Origin: a virus
IMG/VR virus record: IMGVR_UViG_3300038406_000196
Coordinates: 32,001-96,000 of that record
DNA length: 64,000 nt
Reading direction: 5' to 3' (one strand)
Below, piece by piece: positions 1-9,076 of this stretch (position 1 is its first letter; every line of letters begins with the position of its first letter). The notes beneath the pieces were generated by a model, which was not told the DNA's origin, did not search any database, and was given only the letters and a program-made list of their open reading frames with translations. The translations under genes and the position numbers were made by a program.

Positions 1-41
1 GTCGGCAGGCGGCTCAAAGTCGAAGCTCCACTCGCGGGCGG

Positions 42-314
42 TCACCGGGAACCCCCCGCAACCGGCTCGGCGTCCAGCTTCCGGAGCAGCTTCCGCCGCT
101 GCCGCTCACTCAGACCACCCCAGATACCGGCCGGCTGCCGCGTCTCCAGTGCGAACGCTCTGCATTCCGGCTTCACCTCACAGCGGGAGCAGATCAGCTT
201 CGCGTAGTAGGTGGAGCCACCCTTCTCCGGGAAGAACGCCTCCCCGTCGCTGCCCTGACACCCGGCTCGTTCCATCCACTCCGGCTGGTCGGCGATCGAT
301 AGAACCCAGCTCAC
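42..314 (-). CDS. whiB: WhiB-family Fe-S transcription factor
   Basis: W..RAGC...FFP.KGG...AK.IC.RCEVK.EC..FAL.....GIWGGLSERQR, the 4-Cys/GxWGG signature. Confidence 0.93.
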   Translation of the reverse strand: MSWVLSIADQPEWMERAGCQGSDGEAFFPEKGGSTYYAKLICSRCEVKPECRAFALETRQPAGIWGGLSERQRRKLLRKLDAEPVAGGSR

Positions 315-748
315 CGGGACTCACCTGCCAGCAGCCGGGTAACGGTGGCATCCCAGTCCAGCTGTTCGGTCTCCCGGCCTTGTGGCACCACCACATAGGT
401 GCGGCGCAGGAACCGCACCAGCACGCTGCGCGGCACCTCGAACAGGGCGTTGCCGTCGGGGGACGAGAGCGCGAGCGCGACGGACTCCCCCCGTGGGGTG
501 GCCCACGGCCACACCCGGACATCGCCGATCCCGGCCGGCTCGTCAAGCCCGGTCACGAGCAGCTCCCGCGCGAACGACCAGCCGGACGCCTCACCCCCGG
601 CGGACTCGGCGTGGAACAGCACGTGAACCGCGTACGGGTCAGCTGGGTCGTAGCGGAGGCTGGCCCGCACCGGCAAAGCGGTGGCGTCGGGCTCGATCAG
701 TCGTAGCGACGTCTCCACCTCGACGGTCGTCGGCCGACGCTCACCCAT
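311..748 (-). CDS. ssgB: SsgA-like protein, SsgB type (sporulation cell-division activator)
   Basis: LRYDPADPYAV..LFH...WSFARELL..GL..PAGIGDVRVWP...LSSPDGNALFE...FLRRTY..VP.GRE; ATG 748 overlaps upstream stop. Confidence 0.9.
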   Translation of the reverse strand: MGERRPTTVEVETSLRLIEPDATALPVRASLRYDPADPYAVHVLFHAESAGGEASGWSFARELLVTGLDEPAGIGDVRVWPWATPRGESVALALSSPDGNALFEVPRSVLVRFLRRTYVVVPQGRETEQLDWDATVTRLLAGESR

Positions 749-1055
749 CGGTGCCACCGCCAGCGACGGGCACACCCAACGCTCCGGCGATCAACGCCAG
801 CTCCCGGCACGGGTACGCCACCGTCGTCCCGCTGTTGTCCTCGTCCAGCTGTGAACAGCCGGCACACCGGTACACCGGGTGGTCGTTGCCGAGGTCCACG
901 CAGATCGTGTGGTAGGCGGCGGGCATCGTGTCGCCCTGGTGCCACGGCTCGGGCTGGTGCAGGTCCAGCACCGCCCGCACTGCGGCCACCGCATCGTGGG
1001 CCGGGTCGGACTCGTCCAGCAGGGCCACAATCCGGGTACGTAGGTCAGTCGCCAT
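741..1055 (-). CDS. Phage hypothetical protein (CxxC...YPC motif)
   Basis: Coupled at both ends, GGAGG RBS. Confidence 0.7.
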   Translation of the reverse strand: MATDLRTRIVALLDESDPAHDAVAAVRAVLDLHQPEPWHQGDTMPAAYHTICVDLGNDHPVYRCAGCSQLDEDNSGTTVAYPCRELALIAGALGVPVAGGGTDG

Positions 1056-2502
1056 GGCCATCCTCCTCCGCTAGCCGGTCTTCCGCCCGTGCGATTTCCT
1101 CCGGGGAGTGCTGGACTCCGCGGGTACGGCAGTAGCCGCCCGGCTCAATCAGGTGCTCCCGTTCGATGAAACGTGACGTTTTGTGCCGCTCATCGAGCCA
1201 CCGCCTCGCGGTGATGGCGTTGACCGCTTGCGCGGCCTTCCCGTGGCGGTGCGACTGCCGGACGTACGAGCACGCCGGTCTAACATCGCTTCCATCAGGC
1301 AGCTCCCGGCGCAACTCGCCGGTGTCGGCCGCCAGGGCGGCCAGGTTTCGTGCGGCGTTCTCATCCCTGTCAAGGACGAGGCCACAGGACATGCACACGT
1401 ACATCCGCTCGGCCAGGGACAGCTTGGCTTTCGCTGTGCCGCATCCCGAGCAGGTCTTCGAGCTGGCGAACCAGCGGTCCGCCACGACCAGGCGCGCTCC
1501 GGCGCGCTCAGTCTTGTAGGTGAGCTGACGGCGGATCTCCGCCCAGTTCGCACCGGCGATGTGCCGGGCCAGGCGCCGGTTTCGCAGCATCCCGGCAACG
1601 TGCAGGTCTTCGATCACGATCGTGTCGAAGTCCCGGACGAGGCGCGCCGTCAGTTGGTGGGTGTCGTTGCGGCGCAAGTTCGCCACCCGCGTGTGGATGG
1701 CGGCGGCACGTCTGCGAGCCTTGCGCCAGCGGTTCGACGGCTCAACACGGGTGCGCCGGTCCGGGCCGCGGCGGCGGGCGCACGTGCGCTGGATGCGGCG
1801 CAGGTTGCACAGCTCACGGTCCAGGCGCCGCGTGTTGGGCACGTGCTCGCCGGTGGACAGGGTGGCGAGTTCTTTGATGCCCAGGTCGACGCCGACGACC
1901 CGGCCGCCATCCCGGGGTGTCGGGGCCGGCTCGTTGACCTCGACGGAGAACGCCACGTGCCACCGGCCGCGCTGGTGGGACAGGGTGGCCGAGCGGATGC
2001 GGGCAGCCCCCGACTCGACGCGGCGGGCCAGCTTCCGCGTGGACTCGTGCGTGCGGATGGTCCCGATGACGGGCAGCTTCACGTGGCGGCGGTCAGCGCC
2101 GAGCCCGAACGCGCCAGTGGTGAACCGGCAGGTCGGACGGGCTCGATGCTTCGACTTGAACCGGGGCATCCGGGCACGGCCGGCTTTACGGTTGCGCAGC
2201 GCGGTGGCGAGGTTCGCGCACCCGGTGGCGTATGCCTCTTTGCTGTTCTCCGCCCACCACGGCGCGGCCTCGGTCTTGGCGGCGTTCCACGCCTTCCGCA
2301 GGCTGTAGGCGGAGGTGTTGATCCACGGGGTGAGCTGGTCGCCGGTCAGGCCGTAGGTCTGCTCGGCGACGCGCTGCGCCCAGTTCGCCTTCACCTGGGC
2401 GAGGCACCAGTTGTAGGCGACCCGCGCCGCGCCGCAATGCGACCGCATCACCTCTGCCTGCGGTCCGGTCGGGTCGAGAGCGAACAGGTAGGCGCGGATC
2501 AC
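1045..2502 (-). CDS. tnpB: TnpB RNA-guided endonuclease (IS607/IS200-IS605 type), no tnpA
   Basis: N-terminal AY.F.LDP...HCGAARVAYN; RuvC-I GVDLG, RuvC-II IEDL, Zn finger CSGC..CMSC, RuvC-III DRDENAA; GTG 2502 overlaps upstream TGA. Confidence 0.93.
   Translation of the reverse strand: MIRAYLFALDPTGPQAEVMRSHCGAARVAYNWCLAQVKANWAQRVAEQTYGLTGDQLTPWINTSAYSLRKAWNAAKTEAAPWWAENSKEAYATGCANLATALRNRKAGRARMPRFKSKHRARPTCRFTTGAFGLGADRRHVKLPVIGTIRTHESTRKLARRVESGAARIRSATLSHQRGRWHVAFSVEVNEPAPTPRDGGRVVGVDLGIKELATLSTGEHVPNTRRLDRELCNLRRIQRTCARRRGPDRRTRVEPSNRWRKARRRAAAIHTRVANLRRNDTHQLTARLVRDFDTIVIEDLHVAGMLRNRRLARHIAGANWAEIRRQLTYKTERAGARLVVADRWFASSKTCSGCGTAKAKLSLAERMYVCMSCGLVLDRDENAARNLAALAADTGELRRELPDGSDVRPACSYVRQSHRHGKAAQAVNAITARRWLDERHKTSRFIEREHLIEPGGYCRTRGVQHSPEEIARAEDRLAEEDGHGD
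1139..1320 (-). ncRNA. Putative TnpB omegaRNA (right end ...TTCATCGAACGG at 1159; guide from 1158 GAGCACCTGATTGAGCCGGG)
   Basis: Lies just 3' of RuvC-III codons; terminal hairpin TCGATGAGCG...CGTTTCATCGA then AACGG, resembling IS607-type ends; boundaries inferred. Confidence 0.55.
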
Positions 2503-2810
2503 GACTCCCCCACCGGGGTCAGCCCGGCGTCGGCCTTCGCCTGCGCGACCGCCTCGTCCACCTCGGCCTGCGTGTGCAGCCGGATCGCTTCCGACATGGG
2601 GCACTGGTTCGCCTCGGCGATCTCGCACGACACCGCCCACGTGGCCGAGGCGCCGAGCGTGTTGGGTGTGTGCCACCGCTTCTCCGGATCACCCAGCCAT
2701 GCGGCGAGCTGGTCGTCCCGCAGGATCACTACCGGAAGCTCGCTGTCGTCTCGGGCCGGCCACAGCAGGACGGAATTATCCGGAGGTTCGGGCATCAGGT
2801 GCTCACCCAC
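2499..2810 (-). CDS. Hypothetical protein
   Basis: Coupled to both neighbours. Confidence 0.7.
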   Translation of the reverse strand: MGEHLMPEPPDNSVLLWPARDDSELPVVILRDDQLAAWLGDPEKRWHTPNTLGASATWAVSCEIAEANQCPMSEAIRLHTQAEVDEAVAQAKADAGLTPVGES

Positions 2811-3114
2811 GGCGGTTCACCCCCTTCACGCACTCGCAGCCTGCCTTCATCTGCCGCCAAAACTCGTCGTCGAGGGCGGCGTGTACGGCCAGCCGGACGG
2901 TCACCCCCGTCCGCTGCCGTGCCTGCCGATCGCGGGCACGCGGATACTTCGCCTGCCACGCCTGCTCCTCGGTGGCGACCGGTGGCCGCGATGCGAACCC
3001 AGAGAGGTCAGCCAGTAGCACGGCGAACGGATGCCCGCAGACGTGGGAGAACACCCAGTCGCAGGCCGACAGGGGCACCATCTGGCCGTCCACGCTCACG
3101 TACAAGTCAGCCAC
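2803..3114 (-). CDS. Hypothetical protein
   Basis: GTG 3114 overlaps upstream stop. Confidence 0.7.
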   Translation of the reverse strand: MADLYVSVDGQMVPLSACDWVFSHVCGHPFAVLLADLSGFASRPPVATEEQAWQAKYPRARDRQARQRTGVTVRLAVHAALDDEFWRQMKAGCECVKGVNRRG

Positions 3115-3355
3115 GGCGCACCTTCCGCTCCCGGTACCAGATGCACCAGCGCCACACCCAGCCCACCAGGTAGATGAGCGGCACCGACAGGGCAACACCG
3201 ATCAGTTCCCCGACCACCGACTCTCCGGTCAGCAGCCCGTAGCCAGCGACCAGGACTACACCGAGCGCGGCGCCAGTCAGCCTGCCCGCCAGCACCATCC
3301 GCCAGCCCAGCCGATCCGACTGGTACACGACGACATCCCGTAGCCAGCCGATCAT
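3107..3355 (-). CDS. Small membrane protein
   Basis: Two hydrophobic segments; coupled. Confidence 0.65.
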   Translation of the reverse strand: MIGWLRDVVVYQSDRLGWRMVLAGRLTGAALGVVLVAGYGLLTGESVVGELIGVALSVPLIYLVGWVWRWCIWYRERKVRRG

Positions 3356-3924
3356 CAGCGGTTCACCGCCTTGGTCGCCTGTGATGCCTCAAGCGCCTCG
3401 CGTGCGGCGTAGAACTCCGACAGGTGCCGGGGGGTCCATGTGCAACCGGGCTCGTCCGAGCCGTCGAACCGGTCACCCGGCTTGCCCTCATAGCAGGCCC
3501 ACAGGGTGCCCTCGTGCTCGAACAGGACTGGCGAGATGAGCCGGTGCGTGAACGTCTGGCCCTTGGCGGGGACCGCTGCGTGGCGTGGCAGCCCGTGTTG
3601 CGTCAGTACGTGCCGGACGTCGGGCGGGCGGTGATCCGCCAGCCACTGCCGGGCCGGATCGCCCGGCTTGCCGCGACGTGGCTCCAGCCGGCCGCGGACC
3701 ATCCGCCACCCGTCCGGGATCGCTCCGGAGCCGTCAGGTTCCAGCCCTACGATCTCGTCCGGGCGCCCCCACACGCCATGGTGCACCAGCGGACCCTTGC
3801 TGCCGCCCAGTGCAGCGCAGGCGTCCTGGACACGCTCGCCGTACGCCCGCAGGTCGGCGCGGGCTTGCCGGAACGCCGCCACCGCGGCCGCATCGTTGGT
3901 TGAGTAGGCGTACTGGTCAGCCAT
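3355..3924 (-). CDS. Hypothetical protein
   Basis: ATG 3924 with AAGGAG RBS; coupled. Confidence 0.75.
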   Translation of the reverse strand: MADQYAYSTNDAAAVAAFRQARADLRAYGERVQDACAALGGSKGPLVHHGVWGRPDEIVGLEPDGSGAIPDGWRMVRGRLEPRRGKPGDPARQWLADHRPPDVRHVLTQHGLPRHAAVPAKGQTFTHRLISPVLFEHEGTLWACYEGKPGDRFDGSDEPGCTWTPRHLSEFYAAREALEASQATKAVNR

Positions 3925-4159
3925 TGGTCCGCTCCTTGACCTCGAACCGGATGACGATCTCGTCGTCGCCGGGGAAGAACCGCAGCGCGTCATCACTCAG
4001 CGCGGCACCCTCCGGCAACCGGTGGACCTGCCGGTACTCGCGCGCAGCCGACACCATCGCCTTGTCCACCTCGACCCAGCAGGCACCCCACAGGCCATCG
4101 CTGGGCACCGTGTACTCGATGTGGCGGGTGGTGTATTCCCTCCGGCTGTAGGTCGCCAT
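3917..4159 (-). CDS. Hypothetical protein
   Basis: TGATG coupling. Confidence 0.7.
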   Translation of the reverse strand: MATYSRREYTTRHIEYTVPSDGLWGACWVEVDKAMVSAAREYRQVHRLPEGAALSDDALRFFPGDDEIVIRFEVKERTNG

Positions 4160-4590
4160 CAGCTTCGGCCATCCTGGATCTCGCCGTCGGGCCAGACGAT
4201 GCGGGGCGCGTCCTTGACCACCTCGTACTCCCGACCATTCGCGGCGCTGCGGACGTAGAGGCGCCACAGATCACCGGACTCCTCGCCCTCACCCTCAAGG
4301 CGGCCATGGCACTCCCGGCCACCCGGCGAGCAGTACCGGGATACGACTTCCTGCACCTCGGCCTCGATGTCGTACGCCTTGAACCGGTCCTCCGAGATCG
4401 GCACGATCCCGACGACGGATCGCTTCGTCAGAGTGCCCTCGTCGGTTTCGACTGTCGCCTCCTCGACGTGCAGCCGGATGCACTTGCTGCTCTCGGACCA
4501 GTCCTTGAGGTACTCGTCGTCCTTGACGGCACCCCACGGGATCGGCGGCTCGAACCGGATCTCGCCGGTAACGCGCGTGTAGTAGCCCAT
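4159..4590 (-). CDS. Actinophage hypothetical protein (MGYYTRVTGEI...)
   Basis: TGATG coupling, AAGGAG RBS. Confidence 0.75.
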   Translation of the reverse strand: MGYYTRVTGEIRFEPPIPWGAVKDDEYLKDWSESSKCIRLHVEEATVETDEGTLTKRSVVGIVPISEDRFKAYDIEAEVQEVVSRYCSPGGRECHGRLEGEGEESGDLWRLYVRSAANGREYEVVKDAPRIVWPDGEIQDGRS

Positions 4591-5117
4591 CAGGCAGCTC
4601 CTTCCTCGTATCGGTGCCAGCGGCCGGAGTTGTCCAGCCAGACCGGCTCGGCGTCGTGACGTGTCTGCACCGGCACCTGGGTGGCGTCCTGGTGTTCCCG
4701 GAGCAGCCAGCCCATCCGCTCGGCGATCTTTCGGCGGCGCGGGAGCGCCATGTGGTGGGTGTGGCAGACGCTCAGCAGCCACGCCGGGCCGTTCACCCGC
4801 TCGTGCGCCTCACCGTGCCGACCGCCGCTCTTGCGGTTCAGCCGGTGGTGCCGCTCGGTTGCTGGCTGATGGCAGCCGGGCCACTCGCACCGCTTGCCGG
4901 ACCGCTTGTCGATCAGCTCGATGACGGACTTCTTCGGCCCGGTGTAGCGGGAGCGCGTGCGCGGCGCGGGCGTACGGCTGAGAGCTTTACGGCAGGCCAG
5001 CTCGGCGTCCTTGCTCGGCTTGCGCCGGAACGTCGAAGTCGGGTACATGTCGCCCTCAGCGGCACGCGCGGCGCGCTGCTTGGGCGAGATCGGGTTCAGG
5101 CGGGCGGTGCGGTTCAT
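4590..5117 (-). CDS. HNH endonuclease-like protein
   Basis: CEWPGC...ATERHHR..RKSGG...LLSVCHTHH. Confidence 0.75.
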   Translation of the reverse strand: MNRTARLNPISPKQRAARAAEGDMYPTSTFRRKPSKDAELACRKALSRTPAPRTRSRYTGPKKSVIELIDKRSGKRCEWPGCHQPATERHHRLNRKSGGRHGEAHERVNGPAWLLSVCHTHHMALPRRRKIAERMGWLLREHQDATQVPVQTRHDAEPVWLDNSGRWHRYEEGAA

Positions 5118-5509
5118 CCGTGCGCCCCGCTCGTCGCATACGCTTGTCCTACCGACTTTGCCAGCGTCGCCGCGAGCGTGCCTTGCTGGTACAAGGTCCG
5201 CAGGTGCTCCTCGGCTGCCTTGCGCTTCACCTCGGCCAGCTCGTACGCCTCACGCTCCTCCGAGCACCGGTCCGCCACCCAGGCGTCCCGTTCTGCCGTG
5301 GTGTAGCCGCCGCGGGTCACCTTCGGGCAGTCGCTGGCGAGGATGGTCTGCCGGTATGCCCGCTCGTAGGCGTGCTTGGCCCCAACCTCCTCGTCCCGCG
5401 CCTCGCGCAGGTCGGCCTGAGCCCGAGTCATCTGGTTCTGGACCCAGCGGATCTGCCGCTCCACCTCCACCGGGGTCAGCGGCTCAAACCGGGGCGTCGG
5501 CGCGGTCAT
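5114..5509 (-). CDS. Coiled-coil protein of recombination module
   Basis: Helical composition; coupled to Gp3-like gene. Confidence 0.7.
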   Translation of the reverse strand: MTAPTPRFEPLTPVEVERQIRWVQNQMTRAQADLREARDEEVGAKHAYERAYRQTILASDCPKVTRGGYTTAERDAWVADRCSEEREAYELAEVKRKAAEEHLRTLYQQGTLAATLAKSVGQAYATSGAHG

Positions 5510-6615
5510 GCGGTCTCGCCCGCCTTGGCCTGCTCGATCGCGGCGAGGAACTTCCGCATGTCGTCGGCGCCGGCCTCATCCGACGACCGGCCGACGATCT
5601 CGCAGAAGTTCCGCTCCAGCTCGTCCGCGTCATCCCACGGCGAGGCTTCGAGGATCTGGTGCCACAGCTCCTCCAGGCCGTCACCGGCGGGCTCGGGCTC
5701 GACCGGCTCGCTGACCACCGTGGCGTCCACCACCTCCGGCTGAGGCTGCGCCGCCCGGATCGCTGCCGCCTTGCGCTCGAACGCGCCGGTCAGCTCCGGG
5801 GTGAGTACGTCCTTTGCCTTCCGGTGCAGCTCGTACAGCGCCTCAACCGTCTTCGCCGCCTCGATCAGCGACGGGTAGTCCAGCGGCGCGGCCTCGATCT
5901 CCGCCCGCATCTGCCCCTCGACCGCGGCGGCGCGGCGGGCGGTAATCAGCTCCTGCACCTTGCCGGAGGCGAGCTGTCCGGGGGTGAACTCGGCGATGTC
6001 CAGCACCGGCACGGCGAAGTTCATCGTCTTCGGCTTGCCGTCGACCAGCCGGGTGACGGTGCGCTGGTCGAGGATCAGGCGGCCGGGGATGATGCCCTGC
6101 GCCTGCGACAGGACCATCGCGATGCCGGGCAGCTCCACGGCGGCGTAGTACGAGCCGGTGTCGACCCGCCACACTCCCAGCCCTGGAACGTCTTCGAGCA
6201 TCACCCGCAGCCGGGTGTGCATCGAGCAGTCGCGCTTGCTGGGTTCCGGGTCGCACAGACACGCACCCTTGGAGATCGTCTCTTTCTGCCCGTCGCAGCG
6301 CCGCTGGCATCCGCCGGCCGACCACAGCTCGAACCACTGGGACTGTGACGGGTCCTGCGGCGGCACCATCACCGGGACTTCGGTGGCGTCCGTGATGACC
6401 TGCCACTGCTGGTTGCCCTTCGGTGGCTGCCACGGCTCGACCTTGCCGCCATACAAGTCGGCGATCTTCTCGATCAGCTCACGGCGTGGGGAGGTGAACC
6501 GCAGCCGGTCCAGCTTGACCGGGCGCCCCTTCTTGCCGTTCGCTGGCGGGATGTACACGCCGAGCCGGATGCGACCTGTTTCGGTCTGGGACTGCTGGAT
6601 TCCGATAATCGCCAT
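5506..6615 (-). CDS. Gp3-like (recombination directionality factor-like) protein
   Basis: GRIRLG...RPVKLDRLRFTS...ELWSAGGCQRRCDG...TRLRVML..VPGLGVWR.DTGSYYAA.EL. Confidence 0.75.
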   Translation of the reverse strand: MAIIGIQQSQTETGRIRLGVYIPPANGKKGRPVKLDRLRFTSPRRELIEKIADLYGGKVEPWQPPKGNQQWQVITDATEVPVMVPPQDPSQSQWFELWSAGGCQRRCDGQKETISKGACLCDPEPSKRDCSMHTRLRVMLEDVPGLGVWRVDTGSYYAAVELPGIAMVLSQAQGIIPGRLILDQRTVTRLVDGKPKTMNFAVPVLDIAEFTPGQLASGKVQELITARRAAAVEGQMRAEIEAAPLDYPSLIEAAKTVEALYELHRKAKDVLTPELTGAFERKAAAIRAAQPQPEVVDATVVSEPVEPEPAGDGLEELWHQILEASPWDDADELERNFCEIVGRSSDEAGADDMRKFLAAIEQAKAGETA

Positions 6616-7496
6616 CAGGCCATCGCCTCCTTCGGCAGGTTCGTCGGTCGGGACAGGACAGTGCCCAGCCCGGCGGTGAGCCCTTCCACCACTCGCACCT
6701 CGTGGATGAAGGCGGCATGGTTGGCGTCGCTCAGGTGCACCTCACGCATCTGGATCTTGTCCGGGCGGATGTGCAGGATCAGCCCACCCTCGATCGCGGG
6801 CATGGGCTCCTCCGAGCCGTCGGGCAGCAGCACCACGTCCGCGTGGGCGTAGGCGTTGACCTGCCACCCCTCGGGAATGCCGATGTGCTTGCCGGTCTTC
6901 GTGTCCATCAAGATCGGCAGGCCGGCGAGGTGCTTGAGTTGCTTCGGCAGCGGCGAGTCCTCCGGGAACCGGAGAATCCCGTCGAGGGTGCCGGCGTACC
7001 CCCACTTGCGGGAGATCACCGTCATCTCGGTGGCCTCGAACTCGGGCCGGTAGTAGGCGCGCCACCGCCGGTACCAGTCGACCAGCGGCGCAACATCCTC
7101 GTCCACGGTGGCGCCCTCGCCGAACAGCTCCAGCTCCTCGGCCGCCTCGTGCACACGCGAGCCCCGGTTGCCGGCCTCGTCCCGCACCTCGTTGTGCCGG
7201 TTGGCCAACCAGAACGTCGCGCACTCCCGGCACTGCCCACACGCGTGCTCGGTCGTGGTGGAGTTGCAGGGTGCCACCCGCGAGCAGCGGACCAGCCACG
7301 GCAGCCGGTCCACCGCCGCCTCCGCCGCCAGCCGGGCAGACCAATCCGTCAGCCCGAACTTCGAGATGTAGCCCAACACCGTCGTCACGGAGATGAACCG
7401 CTCCCCGGAGATGGGATGCGGATACCAGCGGCGGCCGGTCGCCTTGTCCGTCTCGGCGTGGACAGGCTCGCGCTTGGCCTTGGTCGGCGCAGTCAC
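6615..7496 (-). CDS. PD-(D/E)XK (Cas4/RecE-like) exonuclease
   Basis: SVTTVL...GSRVH...GYAGTLD...MDTKTG...QVNAY. Confidence 0.85.
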   Translation of the reverse strand: MTAPTKAKREPVHAETDKATGRRWYPHPISGERFISVTTVLGYISKFGLTDWSARLAAEAAVDRLPWLVRCSRVAPCNSTTTEHACGQCRECATFWLANRHNEVRDEAGNRGSRVHEAAEELELFGEGATVDEDVAPLVDWYRRWRAYYRPEFEATEMTVISRKWGYAGTLDGILRFPEDSPLPKQLKHLAGLPILMDTKTGKHIGIPEGWQVNAYAHADVVLLPDGSEEPMPAIEGGLILHIRPDKIQMREVHLSDANHAAFIHEVRVVEGLTAGLGTVLSRPTNLPKEAMA

Positions 7497-7669
7497 TTCG
7501 ACTCCTCACCCATTGCGATCCGGACCGCCACCGCCAGCGAGTGCCCGCCACCGTGGTTCGGGTGCCGCCAGTCGTTGTCGTTGCGTCCCTTGCTCCAGCC
7601 GTTGTCAAGCAGGTACAGGCGGCGCATGGTCGGGTTCATGCCACGAGCGCGAGTCTCCACAGCGTTCAC
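7493..7669 (-). CDS. Small hypothetical protein (58 aa)
   Basis: GTGA overlaps at both ends; below ORF-track cutoff. Confidence 0.55.
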   Translation of the reverse strand: MNAVETRARGMNPTMRRLYLLDNGWSKGRNDNDWRHPNHGGGHSLAVAVRIAMGEESK

Positions 7670-7830
7670 CGGTCATCCCTCCGCTTCTGCGCGGCCTCCA
7701 GCTCGACATCGGCCTGGGTGCAGTCCGGGCAGTCCGGCGAGCCGTCGGAGTACAGCGGGTGGCTGCGGTCCCACCGGTGCTCCGGCAGGTCGCAGCGGAC
7801 ACACCAGCGGAGCAACGTCGGAGTCCTCAC
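7666..7830 (-). CDS. Small Zn-finger-like protein (54 aa)
   Basis: CVRC...CPDC; GTGA overlaps at both ends. Confidence 0.55.
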   Translation of the reverse strand: MRTPTLLRWCVRCDLPEHRWDRSHPLYSDGSPDCPDCTQADVELEAAQKRRDDR

Positions 7831-8090
7831 TGCTGCCTCCCCAGGTCCATCCGGGCCAGCACAGTCCGGCCGTCATCTGTCGGCGACCAGAGCGAGTACC
7901 GCTCGTTGGGCAGACGCTGACCGCGCTCGATCAGGCCGCGCTTGGCCAGCGCCTCCACTGTGGTGGTGCACGCCTCGCCCCGCACGACCCAGCTGCGGCG
8001 GCGCGGGGACAACTCGTCACGCCGCACCTCGCCACGTGCGACCGCCTTGAGTACCAGACGCATCGTGTCGGACAACTTCTGCTCGCTCAC
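7827..8090 (-). CDS. Hypothetical protein, winged-helix-like
   Basis: TVEALAKRGLIE...TDDGR pattern. Confidence 0.65.
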   Translation of the reverse strand: MSEQKLSDTMRLVLKAVARGEVRRDELSPRRRSWVVRGEACTTTVEALAKRGLIERGQRLPNERYSLWSPTDDGRTVLARMDLGRQQ

Positions 8091-8329
8091 CGGTCACCAC
8101 CACCCTCGGTGCTGGCGAGGATCAGGATCTGCGGCAGGGTCCTCGCCCAATGGAGCAGCGTCCGGCGGGCGTGCTCGGAGCGGTCCACCGTGAAACCGTG
8201 GGCGGCGGCGGAGTTGGCCAGCAGCTCCACCAGCGCCTCGGGGTCGATGAACACCTCACGAGGTAGGGTCGGCGACTCGTCCTCGGCGGCGGCGAGACTG
8301 GCGGCCAGAACGCGTGACGACATCCTCAT
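8087..8329 (-). CDS. Hypothetical protein
   Basis: Coupled. Confidence 0.6.
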   Translation of the reverse strand: MRMSSRVLAASLAAAEDESPTLPREVFIDPEALVELLANSAAAHGFTVDRSEHARRTLLHWARTLPQILILASTEGGGDR

Positions 8330-8652
8330 CGGGCACCGCCTGCCCGCCGAGCGGCGACCAGCTCACGCCACGCCTGGGTCAGTTCGCGTCCGTTGGTTCG
8401 GCAGTCAGCCCAGTCCAGCCCGAACCCAAGCGGGATCGCGCGCGCCAGGATTTCACCCCACTTGCCAGCGATGTCGGCGAACAACGGTGCATCCTCGTAG
8501 GCGCCGTGGAGCTGCCCCAAGACGCACCGGCAGTTGTCGTTGACGTCCAGCCGGTCGACGATCCGCTCGGCCCAGCCGGGCTCGTGCTCGTCCAGCCAGG
8601 CAGCACCAGCGGCTACCCGGTCGGCGACGGTGGAAACGGTCGTAGTGATCAT
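8326..8652 (-). CDS. Hypothetical protein
   Basis: ATGA coupling, AGGAGG RBS. Confidence 0.7.
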   Translation of the reverse strand: MITTTVSTVADRVAAGAAWLDEHEPGWAERIVDRLDVNDNCRCVLGQLHGAYEDAPLFADIAGKWGEILARAIPLGFGLDWADCRTNGRELTQAWRELVAARRAGGAR

Positions 8653-8828
8653 CGGAAAGCCTCCTTGGCTTGCTTGTACGGTGCGGCGCCCAAGGCGACA
8701 GCCAGCAGTCCCAGGAAGATGCCGAAGGCGAGGTTGTACCACTGGCCGCTTGAGTCGATGTAGGCCGTGAGGTTGAAGGCCGACGCGCCAGCCCACACCC
8801 CGACCGTTACTGCCCGGCCGAAGGTCAT
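8649..8828 (-). CDS. Small 2-TM membrane protein
   Basis: MTFGRAVTVGVWAG...LAFGIFLGLLAVALG; coupled at both ends. Confidence 0.6.
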   Translation of the reverse strand: MTFGRAVTVGVWAGASAFNLTAYIDSSGQWYNLAFGIFLGLLAVALGAAPYKQAKEAFR

Positions 8829-9076
8829 GCGGACACCTCCGCCCGGCTCGCCAGGTGGCGGTACGCCGACTCGTAGTGCTCGGCCTGCACGTCGGTGCGC
8901 TCAGCGAGGGCGCGTACGTCGGTGAGTACCGCAAACCAGTCGTTCTCACCGATCTCGGGGTAGCTGTCCCAGTCCAGCTCGCCGGACGCGATTGCCATGT
9001 CGACGGCCGCAGCAAGCACGCGGCGCGCAACCGTGCGGATAGCCTTCCGCGTGGCCAGGTCGGTGGTAGTGGTCAT
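8825..9076 (-). CDS. Hypothetical protein
   Basis: Coupled. Confidence 0.7.
   Translation of the reverse strand: MTTTTDLATRKAIRTVARRVLAAAVDMAIASGELDWDSYPEIGENDWFAVLTDVRALAERTDVQAEHYESAYRHLASRAEVSA

Noticed and set aside
1183-3018. Long shadow ORFs opposite real genes (also 6702-8543, 23468-24913, 43544-45667)
   Set aside because: No protein motifs; expected antisense openness in GC-rich coding DNA
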